From positions 10,044 to 74,043 of IMG/VR virus record IMGVR_UViG_3300035126_000631: a stretch of DNA of 64,000 bases, one strand, 5' to 3'. This DNA is from a virus. Positions within the stretch are counted from its first letter, which is position 1. The number at the start of each line of letters is the position of its first letter. The translations under genes were made by a program, and so were the position numbers. Shown here one piece after another: positions 1-10,691 of this stretch. The notes below the pieces were generated by a model. The model was not told the DNA's origin. It was given only the letters and a program-made list of their open reading frames with translations, and did not search any database.

Positions 1-28
1 CCGAAGCCGTCAACGGAGGAACCCTCTA

Positions 29-187
29 ATGGCCGAAGTCAAAGAACTCTTCAGTTTGGATGATTCACTGACCACGGTTCAGGATTCATGGAGCAGTTTA
101 CCCGCCGGGCTCACACTGCTCATTGAAGATTCTCCGACTGAGTATACCTTACTGATCGACGACACCTTTTCTCTTTTGATCGAATAA
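29..187 (+). CDS. small hypothetical protein (52 aa), tail region
   Basis: Translated by hand (MAEVKELFSLDD...FSLLIE*). ATG overlaps the upstream TAA (TAATG). Confidence 0.6.
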   Translation: MAEVKELFSLDDSLTTVQDSWSSLPAGLTLLIEDSPTEYTLLIDDTFSLLIE

Positions 188-200
188 TAACCCCGCAACC

Positions 201-1889
201 ATGCCATACACCGCGAATAAGAAGATCGCAGGGCTAGACCCAGCAACGACGCCCTTGGCTGCGGCCAACGAGGTTCCGCTGAACCAAGCTGGGACGACAG
301 TGCGGGCTTCCCTGACCGCGATCGAGGCCAAGGTGTTTGATGCCAAGACGGCCCTGACTCCAGTGGCAGGGGAGACGGCAGTGGCCGTTGTCCGCCAGAC
401 GGACGGGTCGCTGCGTCAAGTGGCGCTGAACGACATCGTCCCGCCGCTGAATATTACCGACGCCAAAGTTGCGGCCGGAGCAGCCATCGTCGACACCAAG
501 CTCGCCACCATTGCAACGGCTAACAAGGTCGCCAACTCTGCGACTACGGCCACCAGTGCGAATACCGCCAATGCCATTGTGGCCCGAGATGCCAGCGGTA
601 ACTTCGCGGCTGGCACGATCACGGCAACTCTTTCCGGGAGCGTCGTCGGTAACGTCACCGGCAACGTGTCGGGAACTTCGGGATCCACCACCGGAAACGC
701 AGCCACCGCGACCACCCTTCAGACGGCACGGACGATTGCGATCAGCGGCGATGTCACCGGAACGGCGACTTCCTTCAATGGTTCGGCCAACATCGCCATT
801 GCTGCGGCGATTACGGCTGACACCATCGTCAATGCCGATGTGAACAGCGCGGCGGCGATTGCGGGAACGAAGATCACTCCGGCCTTCGGGTCGCAAAATA
901 TCAGCACGACGGGGACGTTGGCGGCGGGCGCGACGACCGTTACTGGAACGTGTGCGGCCACCGCTTTCAGCGGACCGTTGACGGGCAATGCCTCAACGGC
1001 CACGACACTAGCTACCGCAAGAAATCTTTCGCTGACTGGCGATGTCACCGCGACACTCTCAAGTTTCAACGGGTCGGCCAACGTCTCGGCGGCGGCAACC
1101 TTGGCTAATAGCGGTGTCGCTGCCGGAACCTACAACGACAACGCGGCCCAAGTGCGTCCGTTCACTGTTGACGCCAAGGGTCGAGTTACAGCAGTCGGAA
1201 CCGCCGTTCCCATTGCCGTCGACTATTCCGCCGTCACCGGGATGCCTTACAAAGACGCGGCGCGGCTGGCGACCACGGCCAACCTGACCGCGACTTATGC
1301 CAACGGCACTTCCGGTGTCGGAGCGACCCTGACCAACAACGGAACCATTGGCGCACTGTCTATCGACGGCGTGGCCGTTGCGACGAATGACCGCATTCTG
1401 GTCAAAGATCAGACCAGTGCCGCACACAACGGAATCTACAGCGTGACCAATACCGGAACTGTATCGGCTGCATGGGTGCTGACCCGTGTCACCGATGCCG
1501 ATACCAATGGCGAACTCGGCTCGGCGGTGGTCACCGTGACCTCCGGAACGGCCAATGGCGGTCGCGTCTACATGACTTTCTTCAAGGCGACGGACACAGT
1601 CGGAACCACCGTGATGCCTTGGTATCTCGTCCTGACCGGAGGCCCGAGCATCATCACCACCTCGATGTTGAACGATGGTGCCGTGACCGAAGCCAAGATC
1701 GATCCAAATGCCAAAATCCGTGGCGCTACCGGAGGCGGCACAGATCGTGTATTTTATGAGAACGACCAAACGGTCGATACGAATTACACAATAAGCACTA
1801 ACAAAAACGCCATGTCAGCCGGCCCGATTACGGTCGCCAACGGAATCACAGTCACCGTGCCCAATGGCTCAACCTGGACTGTCGTCTAA
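201..1889 (+). CDS. tail fibre protein
   Basis: 562 aa, Ala/Thr/Gly-rich with fibre-type repeats (GNAATATTLQTARTI / GNASTATTLATARNL) and a DRILVKDQT..NGIY segment typical of phage fibres. Confidence 0.8.
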   Translation: MPYTANKKIAGLDPATTPLAAANEVPLNQAGTTVRASLTAIEAKVFDAKTALTPVAGETAVAVVRQTDGSLRQVALNDIVPPLNITDAKVAAGAAIVDTKLATIATANKVANSATTATSANTANAIVARDASGNFAAGTITATLSGSVVGNVTGNVSGTSGSTTGNAATATTLQTARTIAISGDVTGTATSFNGSANIAIAAAITADTIVNADVNSAAAIAGTKITPAFGSQNISTTGTLAAGATTVTGTCAATAFSGPLTGNASTATTLATARNLSLTGDVTATLSSFNGSANVSAAATLANSGVAAGTYNDNAAQVRPFTVDAKGRVTAVGTAVPIAVDYSAVTGMPYKDAARLATTANLTATYANGTSGVGATLTNNGTIGALSIDGVAVATNDRILVKDQTSAAHNGIYSVTNTGTVSAAWVLTRVTDADTNGELGSAVVTVTSGTANGGRVYMTFFKATDTVGTTVMPWYLVLTGGPSIITTSMLNDGAVTEAKIDPNAKIRGATGGGTDRVFYENDQTVDTNYTISTNKNAMSAGPITVANGITVTVPNGSTWTVV

Positions 1890-1894
1890 GAATT

Positions 1895-2470
1895 ATGCCG
1901 ATCACCATCAACGGAACAGGAACAGTCGCCGGAATCACCGCAGGGGGATTGCCGGATGGGTGTGTGACTACAAGTGAGATCGCCGATGGTGCTGTTGTTA
2001 ATTCTAAGGTTGCCGATGGTGCCGTTGTTCAGGTTGTCTCGTCTACAGTGGCGACCGTATTGAGTATCAGCGCACCTATTCCTTCTGACGACACCATTCC
2101 GCAAAGCACAGAAGGCTGGGAATTGCTGACGGCAACGATCACGCCGAATAGCAGCACCAACAAAATACTTGTTCAGTTCAGCGGGTTCTGCGCATCGCCA
2201 AACACTGGCTTTGCAGCAAGCCACGTTTTGTTCCGTGGATCTACCGCAATCAACGTAATGGCCACAACTCACTCAGTAGCCAATGCCTTTACGCCGGTCT
2301 TCATTCAGCACCTAGATTCTCCGGCCAGCGGTTCAGCGATAACTTATTCTGTCCGTGTTGGCCCAAGTGTTGGAACCGTAAATTTTGCATACAACAGCAA
2401 CGGCGGAACACGCCGCTACGGCGGACAAGCATCTGCTGTGCTGACGCTGACCGAAATCAAAGACAGCTAA
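1895..2470 (+). CDS. tail fibre-associated protein
   Basis: 191 aa, beta-rich (TATITPNSSTNKILV), directly follows the fibre gene. Confidence 0.6.
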   Translation: MPITINGTGTVAGITAGGLPDGCVTTSEIADGAVVNSKVADGAVVQVVSSTVATVLSISAPIPSDDTIPQSTEGWELLTATITPNSSTNKILVQFSGFCASPNTGFAASHVLFRGSTAINVMATTHSVANAFTPVFIQHLDSPASGSAITYSVRVGPSVGTVNFAYNSNGGTRRYGGQASAVLTLTEIKDS

Positions 2471-2479
2471 CCATCTACT

Positions 2480-3010
2480 ATGGCCATCTCATTAGAAGCA
2501 GATCCAACACTCGCCCAAGGCTACATCAAGGTCAACGGGACGACCGCGGCGACCTTGGACGCGACGGGTATTACCACCGGAGGCGTCCCTGCTGGTGCGG
2601 TGATGGCATTCGCCATGAACAGCGCACCGACAGGATGGCTGGCGGCAGATGGCACCGCAGTTTCTCGTTCCACCTATGCAAGGCTCTTTGCTGCTGTCGG
2701 AACGACCCACGGAGTTGGCAACGGTAGCACGACTTTCAATGTGCCCGACCTGCGCGGCTACTTCGTGCGAGGCAGCGGAACCAACGGCGACGGCACGGCG
2801 GCGGGGACGTTTGGTGCAAAGCAGGCCGACGAATTGAAAAGCCATGCACATGATATCAATAATTTTTCAAGCACGGGCAACTTTGGAACTACAGGAACGC
2901 AATTTGGCCCAGTCCGATATGGGCCTACGGCAACAGGCGCGGCACTGGCCACCGGCGGCACCGAAACCCGCCCGAAGAACATCGCCATGCTGTATTGCAT
3001 CAAATTCTAA
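2480..3010 (+). CDS. phage tail collar domain protein
   Basis: VPAGAVMAFAMNSAPTGWLAADG..SRSTYARLF..FNVPDLRGYFVRG and C-terminal ETRPKNIAMLYCIK are collar-domain hallmarks. Confidence 0.9.
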   Translation: MAISLEADPTLAQGYIKVNGTTAATLDATGITTGGVPAGAVMAFAMNSAPTGWLAADGTAVSRSTYARLFAAVGTTHGVGNGSTTFNVPDLRGYFVRGSGTNGDGTAAGTFGAKQADELKSHAHDINNFSSTGNFGTTGTQFGPVRYGPTATGAALATGGTETRPKNIAMLYCIKF

Positions 3011-3012
3011 CC

Positions 3013-3459
3013 ATGCCAACCTCCATCACATCCTCCGGCATCACGTTCGACGACGCCACGACGCAGACGACTTCGGCCACTAAGGCACTTGGCATTGGAA
3101 CCGCGCAGCTTGCTAACGATGCAGTCACCGCTGCGAAGCTGGCCCCTAAAGTTACTTTTCCAAACTATGCGGCTGGAGTCGCGAGAGCATACAACACCGT
3201 CTATCAAGCGGCAGACGATGGATATTTGTGCGTTATTGTGTCGGGTAATTTTATCAACGGTATACAGATCTCCGTGGGCACGACAAGCAACCCTGATACG
3301 TGGGTCTGGCATTCGGGAGACGACATCAACAACAACACCAAACGCGCAGGTTCAGGAATGATTCCTATACCAAAAGACATTTATTACGAGGTTACTCCAA
3401 TTTCGGGGGTAGCCGCTTTTGAGAACATTACAATCACTTGGTATCCGGTCATTACCTAA
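3013..3459 (+). CDS. tail-associated protein
   Basis: Start reassigned to ATG 3013 (MPTSITSSG), 2 nt after the previous stop. Confidence 0.6.
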   Translation: MPTSITSSGITFDDATTQTTSATKALGIGTAQLANDAVTAAKLAPKVTFPNYAAGVARAYNTVYQAADDGYLCVIVSGNFINGIQISVGTTSNPDTWVWHSGDDINNNTKRAGSGMIPIPKDIYYEVTPISGVAAFENITITWYPVIT

Positions 3460-3464
3460 CAATT

Positions 3465-3887
3465 ATGGCACTAATCCCAGGAACACTCCCCACCGGAACC
3501 AAGTATCCCAACGACCCGCAGTCGTTGCTCGATACCTTTGCGTCCTACCTCACGGCACCTGAAGCCAAGAAGAATCGTGCCATTGTTACTCTTCCCGCGC
3601 CGCCCGCAGCGGGTGGCACGCTGAGTGCAGGGTCGAGCGGGATTGATGAGACTGTGGTGCTCAACAACACGACGACCTACGCGACTTTCACATTCACCTT
3701 CCCGAGCACGAACAATAGTGTGGTCGGACAGATTCTCCGGTTTTTCACACGCAGCATTGTCACGACCCTGACCGTCACGCTGAACGGCAATACCGTGCTG
3801 GGTGCGGCTTTGCCGGCTGGAACGACGGCTGGTCAATCCTTTGCGTGGCAAAAGATCGACGGGACGAATTGGATCCGACTGCAATAA
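3465..3887 (+). CDS. virion structural protein (hypothetical)
   Basis: ATG 3465 (MALIPGTLP), beta-rich, within the structural operon. Confidence 0.55.
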   Translation: MALIPGTLPTGTKYPNDPQSLLDTFASYLTAPEAKKNRAIVTLPAPPAAGGTLSAGSSGIDETVVLNNTTTYATFTFTFPSTNNSVVGQILRFFTRSIVTTLTVTLNGNTVLGAALPAGTTAGQSFAWQKIDGTNWIRLQ

Positions 3888-6800
3888 ATGGCGACTTACC
3901 TCGAAGCACGTAATCTGCTGGCACCCTACGTCGATAATGGCGTGGCGGTGACCGATACGACGCGCATCGACCAACGGATCAACGAGGCCCAGCGCCGTTT
4001 GATCGATCACTACAATTTCCTCTCCCGCCGCGAGGAGTTGGAGAAGTCGCCGCTCGTCTGGCAATCGGGTGGCACGACCGGCGTGCCGACCACGGGCGAC
4101 CTCATCCTCGACAACCTCGATGCGACCAAGACGATGATCTTGTCGCTCTGGCGCGAGGAGAACAACCAGTTGGAACTGGCCACCGCGCTGGAGACCAAGG
4201 CCAATTCCTACATCGAGCGCAACTTGATGAATGAAGTCGAGCGGGCGCGTCGGACGACCTTTCAATCACTGGCCACCTCAAACGGGCAGAACACCTTCGG
4301 CGGTATGACCGGACGGATCGGTCTGGAGACGCTCGTCCAATATCGGCTCCCAGAAAGTCGGCTCAAGAGTTACATCAACCAGGCTTACCAGCAGGCGGTC
4401 GATCACTACAATTTTGTCAGCCGCCGCGAAGACAAGGCCAAGACCAGCCTGACCTTTGCCGCGCTGACTTCGGATGCCGCGCAATTCGACTCCCTGCTTC
4501 CAGTCGAAGTAGTCCGGCTTCTTGCGCTTTCCATCATTGCCGCAGACAACGGGGCGGATGGTGCGGGGCTCAAGACACAAGCCTTGGAATTGATCGACCG
4601 CAATGTGACGGCCGACGTGGAGCGGACTCGGCGCGGACAGTCCGGTGAGGAAGGTCGTCTGCACAATGAGCTTCCGGACGGGGTAAAAATCCCGACAGCG
4701 CGGATGACGCAGTATCTCTCTCAAGCAGCTTCGGATGCTTCGCTGCACTACGACTTCTTGGCCCGGCGCGAGGACTACTCGACAGGGATCAAACCAAATC
4801 CATTCACCTTCGAAGTTCGCAAGAAACTAGTCGAATCCTACATTGCCACGGCCAATGCCGCCGCCGAGGTCGCCGCTTCGCTCAAGCAGGAAGCCTTTGC
4901 CCTGATCGAGCGTGACTTGATGGATGATGTCGAAACGGTGCGTCGTGCCGCAGGCGGCACGGAAGGTCAGCTTCACAATGAATTGCCGGAAGGGGTAAAG
5001 ATCCCGACGGCACGTCTGACCACGTATCTCGCTCAGGCCCAGACCGAAGCCTCGGCCCATTACTCTTTCCTTTCCCGCCGTGAGGACTATGCGGGCGGCA
5101 CGACACCGAGTCCTTTCCCCTACGAAGTCCGCAAAAAGTTGGTTGAGTCTTACTTGGCCACGACCAGCGCGGCGGTCGACGCGGCATCGGCTTTGAAACA
5201 AGAAGCCTTGGCCTTGGTCGAGCGCAACCTGATGCAGGAAATCGAAGCGGCCCGCCGAGTGGTTGGCGGCGAGGCGGGACGGCTGCATAACGAATTGCCG
5301 GAGGGCGTGAAGATTCCAACCTCGCGGATGAACGAGTATCTGACTCAGTCGGCCACGGATGCCGGAGCGCATTGGGATTTCTTGGCCCGACGTGAGGACT
5401 ATTCCAGCGGCACCAAGCCGAACCCTTTCCCTTTTGAGATCCGTGAGAAATTAGTCGAGTCATACATCGCGACGGCGACGGCGGCTCCGGATGTGGCGGC
5501 ATCCCTCAAGCAGGAGGCGTTTGCCGTCATCGAGCGCGACCTCATGGCCCAAGTCGAAGCGGCTCGCCGTGCGGAAGCAGGGGAAGAGGGTAAGCTGCAC
5601 AACGAATTGCCGGAGGGTGTGAAAATCTCCACAGCGCGGATGACAACTTACTTGGCCCAAGCGGCGACTGAAGCCGGAGCGCACTGGGATTTCTTGGCCC
5701 GCCGGGAAGATTACTCCAGTGGGACCAAGCCGAATCCTTTCTCCTACGAAGTCCGCAAGTCCTTGGTCGAAAGCTATGTCGCCGGGGCAACGGGTGCAGT
5801 GGAAGTGGCCACAGCGAAAAAGCAGGAAGCCTTGGCCGTCATCGAGCGCGACCTCATGGCGCAAGTCGAAGCCGCTCGCCGAGCCGCCGCAGGGGAAGAG
5901 GGTCGTCTGCACAACGAACTGACCAATGGCGTGGCCATCTCGACCGCCCGCCTGACGCAGCACTTGGCCCAAGCCGCGCTCGACGCCTCGGCCCATTACG
6001 ACTTTCTTGCCCGCCGCGAAGATTACTTCGGCGGCACCAAGCCGAATCCTTTCCCGTTTGAGGTCCGCAAGAAGCTGGTCGAATCCTATGTCGCGGCGAC
6101 CAATGCCGCTCCCGACGTGGCGGCGGCACTCAAGACCGAGGCTCAAGCGGTGATCGAGCGCGACCTCATGTTTGAGATTGAAGCAACCCGTCGCGGCGAA
6201 GCAGGGGAAGAAGGCCGTCTGCACAACGAGCTTCCGGAAGGGGTGAAAGTTTCCACCTCCCGCCTGACAACCTATCTCGGCCAAGCCGCCACGGAGGCTG
6301 GCACTCACTGGGACTTCTTGGCCCGTCGTGAGGATTATTCCAGTGGAACCAAACCCAATCCCTTTACCTATGAAGTGCGGAAAAAATACGTGGAGTCCTA
6401 TCTCGCGACCTCAACTGGTGCGATCGAAGCAGCGTCGGCCCTCAAAGCCGAAGCGCAAGCGTTGATCGAGCGCGACCTGATGACCCAGGTCGAGGCGGCG
6501 CGTCGAGCGGCAGCGGGTGATGAAGGCAATTTGCACAACGAACTGCCCGACGGCGTCACCATCCCGACGGGGCGTCTGACAACCTACCTTGGCCAAGCCT
6601 CGACGGAAATCGGAACGCACCAAGCCTTTGTCCAGCGCCGTGAGGAATACAACGGCACCGTCCCCGCGCCGACTTACGAACAGAAGAAATTGCTCGTCGA
6701 GGCATACCTCGCCACTTCGAAGGGGCAGTCGGACGTGGCCGCAGCCTTGAAGCAGCAAGCGGTCGCCTTGGTCGAGCGTGATGTGATGACCGAGATCGAA

Positions 6801-7478
6801 GGCACGCGCCGGGCAACTCGTGAAGCGTTGCTTGCTTCAGCCAATGACACCTTCGGCTACCACTGGGGCCGGATCGGTCTGGAACTTCCCGAGGCTTACA
6901 AGCTCTCGGACTCGGCGATCAAACGCATGGTCAATGCGGCCGAAGAGCAGTTGATGCTGGCCGGTAAGTGGGTCGGCACAGTGGCCGAGTATACCCTTTC
7001 GGTGAACGCCACGGGCGAGTTCTTCCTACCGGCCGAGGTGGAGACGATTCTTTTCATGTCTTTCGACGGAGATCCCAAGCCGGTCCACGATCGACTCAAC
7101 GAGTGGATCAAGGGCGGCACGGGCTACCGGGAGGCCGATGACAAGTGGCGGGAAGGGGCGGTCGATCGCGGTGAGTCGATTGATCCGGCCGACAACGTCC
7201 TCAAGCGCAAATACTGGATTACCCTACCGACGACGGTTCCGGTCGTTCGTATCCTAGCCAAACGCCGCTTCGTGCCGCATACGAGCGACTCGGAGAAAAT
7301 GTATCTCCGCAACTACCAAGCGGTCTACGAGGCGACCAAGGGGATCCTCCTCGGGGGCGAGCAAATCACCCCGCATATCGACAAGGCCAAGGAGATGCTT
7401 TCCGGCCAGATCGCCCAACAGAACTTCACAGGGAACCGCGGAGCCGCCCACACCCGTCGCGTTCTCATGTTTCGGTGA
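3888..7478 (+). CDS. putative head-tail adaptor / tail tubular protein A-like protein with internal 104-aa tandem repeats
   Basis: N-term RIDQRINEAQRRL and C-term MVNAAEEQL..GKWVGT..LPAEVETI resemble podoviral adaptor proteins. Position before the GNAT-like and internal virion genes fits. Family assignment is an inference. Confidence 0.55.
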   Translation: MATYLEARNLLAPYVDNGVAVTDTTRIDQRINEAQRRLIDHYNFLSRREELEKSPLVWQSGGTTGVPTTGDLILDNLDATKTMILSLWREENNQLELATALETKANSYIERNLMNEVERARRTTFQSLATSNGQNTFGGMTGRIGLETLVQYRLPESRLKSYINQAYQQAVDHYNFVSRREDKAKTSLTFAALTSDAAQFDSLLPVEVVRLLALSIIAADNGADGAGLKTQALELIDRNVTADVERTRRGQSGEEGRLHNELPDGVKIPTARMTQYLSQAASDASLHYDFLARREDYSTGIKPNPFTFEVRKKLVESYIATANAAAEVAASLKQEAFALIERDLMDDVETVRRAAGGTEGQLHNELPEGVKIPTARLTTYLAQAQTEASAHYSFLSRREDYAGGTTPSPFPYEVRKKLVESYLATTSAAVDAASALKQEALALVERNLMQEIEAARRVVGGEAGRLHNELPEGVKIPTSRMNEYLTQSATDAGAHWDFLARREDYSSGTKPNPFPFEIREKLVESYIATATAAPDVAASLKQEAFAVIERDLMAQVEAARRAEAGEEGKLHNELPEGVKISTARMTTYLAQAATEAGAHWDFLARREDYSSGTKPNPFSYEVRKSLVESYVAGATGAVEVATAKKQEALAVIERDLMAQVEAARRAAAGEEGRLHNELTNGVAISTARLTQHLAQAALDASAHYDFLARREDYFGGTKPNPFPFEVRKKLVESYVAATNAAPDVAAALKTEAQAVIERDLMFEIEATRRGEAGEEGRLHNELPEGVKVSTSRLTTYLGQAATEAGTHWDFLARREDYSSGTKPNPFTYEVRKKYVESYLATSTGAIEAASALKAEAQALIERDLMTQVEAARRAAAGDEGNLHNELPDGVTIPTGRLTTYLGQASTEIGTHQAFVQRREEYNGTVPAPTYEQKKLLVEAYLATSKGQSDVAAALKQQAVALVERDVMTEIEGTRRATREALLASANDTFGYHWGRIGLELPEAYKLSDSAIKRMVNAAEEQLMLAGKWVGTVAEYTLSVNATGEFFLPAEVETILFMSFDGDPKPVHDRLNEWIKGGTGYREADDKWREGAVDRGESIDPADNVLKRKYWITLPTTVPVVRILAKRRFVPHTSDSEKMYLRNYQAVYEATKGILLGGEQITPHIDKAKEMLSGQIAQQNFTGNRGAAHTRRVLMFR
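4659..6830 (+). repeat. 7 in-frame tandem repeats with a 312-bp (104-aa) period
   Basis: LHNEL codons begin at 4659, 4971, 5283, 5595, 5907, 6219 and 6531, each exactly 312 bp apart. The end coordinate is approximate. Confidence 0.95.
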
Positions 7479-7488
7479 TATAATAACT

Positions 7489-7836
7489 GTGCAACCCGCA
7501 TGGCAAATCGCAAAACAATGGCACGAGAAATACATCCCAGAGCAGCCGTTTTCGGAAGCTGTCGTGAACTGTCTGAAAGAGGGAGTTCTCTACTCTTCTC
7601 CGGAGATTTTTGTGTGCGGACGGGAAGTGCTTTGGGACGGGGAGACGGTCTACATGAGTAATCACCCTAACGCATGGTTTGTCCACATGGCCGCTTCGAG
7701 TGGTCACACCAATCCGGTCAGAGCCTTCATGCAGGCCGCGACAAAACCCCGTCGCTGGGTGTTGTGGCACCGTCGCAACGAAGACCGTCTCCGTATTTTT
7801 AAGTGGGAAACTCTAGCTAGGAAGGTGGGTCTCTAA
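7489..7836 (+). CDS. hypothetical protein, possibly GNAT-fold virion assembly protein
   Basis: 115 aa, GTG start, located between tail and internal virion genes where podoviruses often carry a GNAT-like gene. Confidence 0.45.
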   Translation: MQPAWQIAKQWHEKYIPEQPFSEAVVNCLKEGVLYSSPEIFVCGREVLWDGETVYMSNHPNAWFVHMAASSGHTNPVRAFMQAATKPRRWVLWHRRNEDRLRIFKWETLARKVGL

Positions 7837-10199
7837 TGGGTAATAAAAGCAGCGCACCGGCATACCCCAAAGCCGAGATCAACCGTCTAGCGGATCAATA
7901 CGTCCGCGACCAGCAAGCCGACGTAGGCCCATACCTCAAAGCCATCTCAAACTTTGGCGATCGGCTCACCAAAAAAGTCGACGACCTTGTCGAGAAAGGT
8001 GCGACCAAACTCGATGCTGAAGAGACGGCTTTACTCGGTCGCCTCGATGACTTCAACCAACGACTTGTCGAGTTCCAAGCGACCGAGAACACGGAACTCC
8101 TCAAGGATCTCGGGGATATCACCGGAGACTTCCGCTCGGCGATGTCCCTCTTGGATGAGACCGACCGCAAGGAATTCTCGACGGCGCTGAAAAACTTTGA
8201 AGAACGTGGAGCCGAGCTTGTCAAAACCTACGACGCACGGGCGACCGCGGAATCTGAACGCGGCTTCACTGACAGTCAGAGCGTTCTTGATAAATACGAG
8301 GAGGAACGCAAAGCCGACATCGCCAAGACAAAAGGTGAAGAGCTTTCGACGATTACCAAATATGGGACTGACTCAAAATCACTAGCTGACGAATTTCAGA
8401 GGAGTGCTGATGGGTTCCTAAAAAGCTCTTTAGATGAGGCCGACCAAAGAGCGAAAGACAGTAAAGACATCACGGGTCGCTTCGACTCTGAGACAAAGGC
8501 GCTGACCGACGAGCTTCGTAAAGACTCACTCAGCAACATCGAGCGCAATACCACCGAAAGGAAATCACTAGCGGATACTTTCCTGTCGATGTCGGGGACT
8601 TCTACTTCCGACTACAATCGCCGCTTGGAGGAAGCCCTCAGTCTTTCACCGGAACGCCTAGCGGAGTTTACCCAAGCGGCCGACTTCATCTCCAAAGCCG
8701 CCCTCCAGACCCGGATGGATATGCTGGCTACGGCAGATCCCCGCGCCTTGGAGCTTTCAGCCATTGCCGACGAAAATGCTGCGGCGCTGATGAGTGGCCG
8801 GATCTCGGCCGATGTGCAGGCAAATCTCGCTCGTTCGTCTGCGATGCGTGCTTTGCAGGGCGGCTTCGGCGCGGGCAGTGAAATGGGTCGTGGCTTGTCG
8901 GCACGCGACCTGGGACTGACCTCCTTGGACCTGATGAAGCAAGGCTCGGAGCTAAACGACGCGCAGCGTCGATTGAACTACGCGACAAGAGTTGAAGGAG
9001 TAGCTAGAGACGCGGGGGCCAATGCGGGTCAATTTCTCGCCAACGACCAGACGCTTCGGCGCAACCAAGCCGCCGATCTTCTCAGTGCGGAGACCGATCG
9101 GAATCGGACTTTCTTTGATGTGAGCGAGCGTGGGCTGGCCAATGAATTGGCGGAAAGAAATCGCGCTGCGTTAAACTACGCCGACCAAAGCCGGATGTCT
9201 TTGACCGACCGGCAAAGGGCTGAACTCGATCAACTCAACAAAGTTGGCGACACGCGACAGGCCGCATTCTTACAAGGACGGCAGGACGCACGCGGGGTCT
9301 TTGATTATCTGGGCCGCTCCCAAGATCTGATGCTTGGATCCAACCTGGCCGCGATCCGCTATGGTGCAGAGCGCACCGACAATACTCTCAACACCGCGCT
9401 GGCAGGGAATCTCGCCAACATCAACACGCGGACAACGCAGAATCTCGGCATCGCCCGCGATGTTTTTGCGGGTGAGAGTGATATCAACCGATTGGGCTTT
9501 GCCGCCGGTCAAGACAACTTGGCCCAGCGCACCCGCCGACAAGCCGACAATCTGACGAACATCTGGGACCGCGACTTCCAAGCGCGGCTTGGTGTTTACA
9601 ATACCAATGTCGGAACTGGGCGTTCGCTCTACGGCACAAATGTCCAAGCGGCCGGGAATATTTACAACACTAGCGCCGGGTTTATCCAAAATATGACTGG
9701 CAACCAGATCAATACGGCTGGAAATGTCTACCAAGGTGACACCCGTGCTCGGGAGAACGCTTTCAATACAATGGCGCAAGTCCGCGGATCGGCGATGGGC
9801 ACCAAGATAAATGCGGCACAAAAGGGCTGGGAAGTCGATCAAGCCAACTGGGCATCGGGGAAAAATAGCGACAACGCGATGTGGGGGAGCCTTGTAAACA
9901 TGGGGGCCACGATTGCCGGGGGAGTCATCGGGACGGCGGCTGGCGGCAACACTATGGCTGGTTTGCAAATCGGCAGCACTCTTGGTGGCATCGCCAGCAG
10001 TGGGATTAGCGGAGGCTCTGGATCGGGCGGAGGCAGTGGATCCAGTGGTGGCGGCAATCCGTTCAGCACGATGGGGATGTTTACCAGCGCGTTGGGGGGA
10101 ATGGGCAAGACCACCGGCTTCGACAATCAGTGGGGGATGTATGGTCGCAACACAAAAGGATTCGGTAACTTCGACTACGGATCAGGAACAGGAGCTTAA
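7836..10199 (+). CDS. internal virion (DNA ejection) protein
   Basis: 787 aa, helical/coiled-coil with a Gly-rich hydrophobic C-terminus (MGATIAGGVIGTAAGG). Start overlaps the upstream stop. Confidence 0.6.
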   Translation: MGNKSSAPAYPKAEINRLADQYVRDQQADVGPYLKAISNFGDRLTKKVDDLVEKGATKLDAEETALLGRLDDFNQRLVEFQATENTELLKDLGDITGDFRSAMSLLDETDRKEFSTALKNFEERGAELVKTYDARATAESERGFTDSQSVLDKYEEERKADIAKTKGEELSTITKYGTDSKSLADEFQRSADGFLKSSLDEADQRAKDSKDITGRFDSETKALTDELRKDSLSNIERNTTERKSLADTFLSMSGTSTSDYNRRLEEALSLSPERLAEFTQAADFISKAALQTRMDMLATADPRALELSAIADENAAALMSGRISADVQANLARSSAMRALQGGFGAGSEMGRGLSARDLGLTSLDLMKQGSELNDAQRRLNYATRVEGVARDAGANAGQFLANDQTLRRNQAADLLSAETDRNRTFFDVSERGLANELAERNRAALNYADQSRMSLTDRQRAELDQLNKVGDTRQAAFLQGRQDARGVFDYLGRSQDLMLGSNLAAIRYGAERTDNTLNTALAGNLANINTRTTQNLGIARDVFAGESDINRLGFAAGQDNLAQRTRRQADNLTNIWDRDFQARLGVYNTNVGTGRSLYGTNVQAAGNIYNTSAGFIQNMTGNQINTAGNVYQGDTRARENAFNTMAQVRGSAMGTKINAAQKGWEVDQANWASGKNSDNAMWGSLVNMGATIAGGVIGTAAGGNTMAGLQIGSTLGGIASSGISGGSGSGGGSGSSGGGNPFSTMGMFTSALGGMGKTTGFDNQWGMYGRNTKGFGNFDYGSGTGA

Positions 10200-10201
10200 C
10201 C

Positions 10202-10687
10202 ATGCTTACATCAGTCCTATCTCCCATTAGCATTGCCACTCCAGACACCGCGCCCCCTTGGGGCTGGAACCCGGCAGCGACGTTTCTGACTGCGTATAAC
10301 ACGCAAGCACAAGCGCGCCGCGATCAGGAAAAGTTTAACATGGCCATGCAGTTGGAAAGAATTCTTCTTCCAGCCAAAGCGGCTCAAGCCGAGTTCACCC
10401 TCAATCAACTCGCCTACGAGACGGAGAACATGGCGAACTCCTATCGTCTGCAAAACGAAATGGTCAACGAGCGCCGACGCATCATCAGAACTGGCGGCTC
10501 CGGTGCCAGCAGCAATGTTGCGGGGAACGGTGGTTCTTCGAATCAGGCTCCTGCTCAAGATGAGGATCCGACTAGCTTCAATTTGACGGGCACTAGTTAT
10601 GACCGGAAGCCGGCCGCTCAATCGCAGCCGCAGACGAGTAGTCAGCCGATGGCTAAGAAGAAAGTGGTAGACTTAACAGGGGTCTAA
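10202..10687 (+). CDS. putative internal virion protein
   Basis: 161 aa, Gln/Ala-rich helical, in the ejection-protein cluster. Confidence 0.5.
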   Translation: MLTSVLSPISIATPDTAPPWGWNPAATFLTAYNTQAQARRDQEKFNMAMQLERILLPAKAAQAEFTLNQLAYETENMANSYRLQNEMVNERRRIIRTGGSGASSNVAGNGGSSNQAPAQDEDPTSFNLTGTSYDRKPAAQSQPQTSSQPMAKKKVVDLTGV

Positions 10688-10691
10688 TAAC

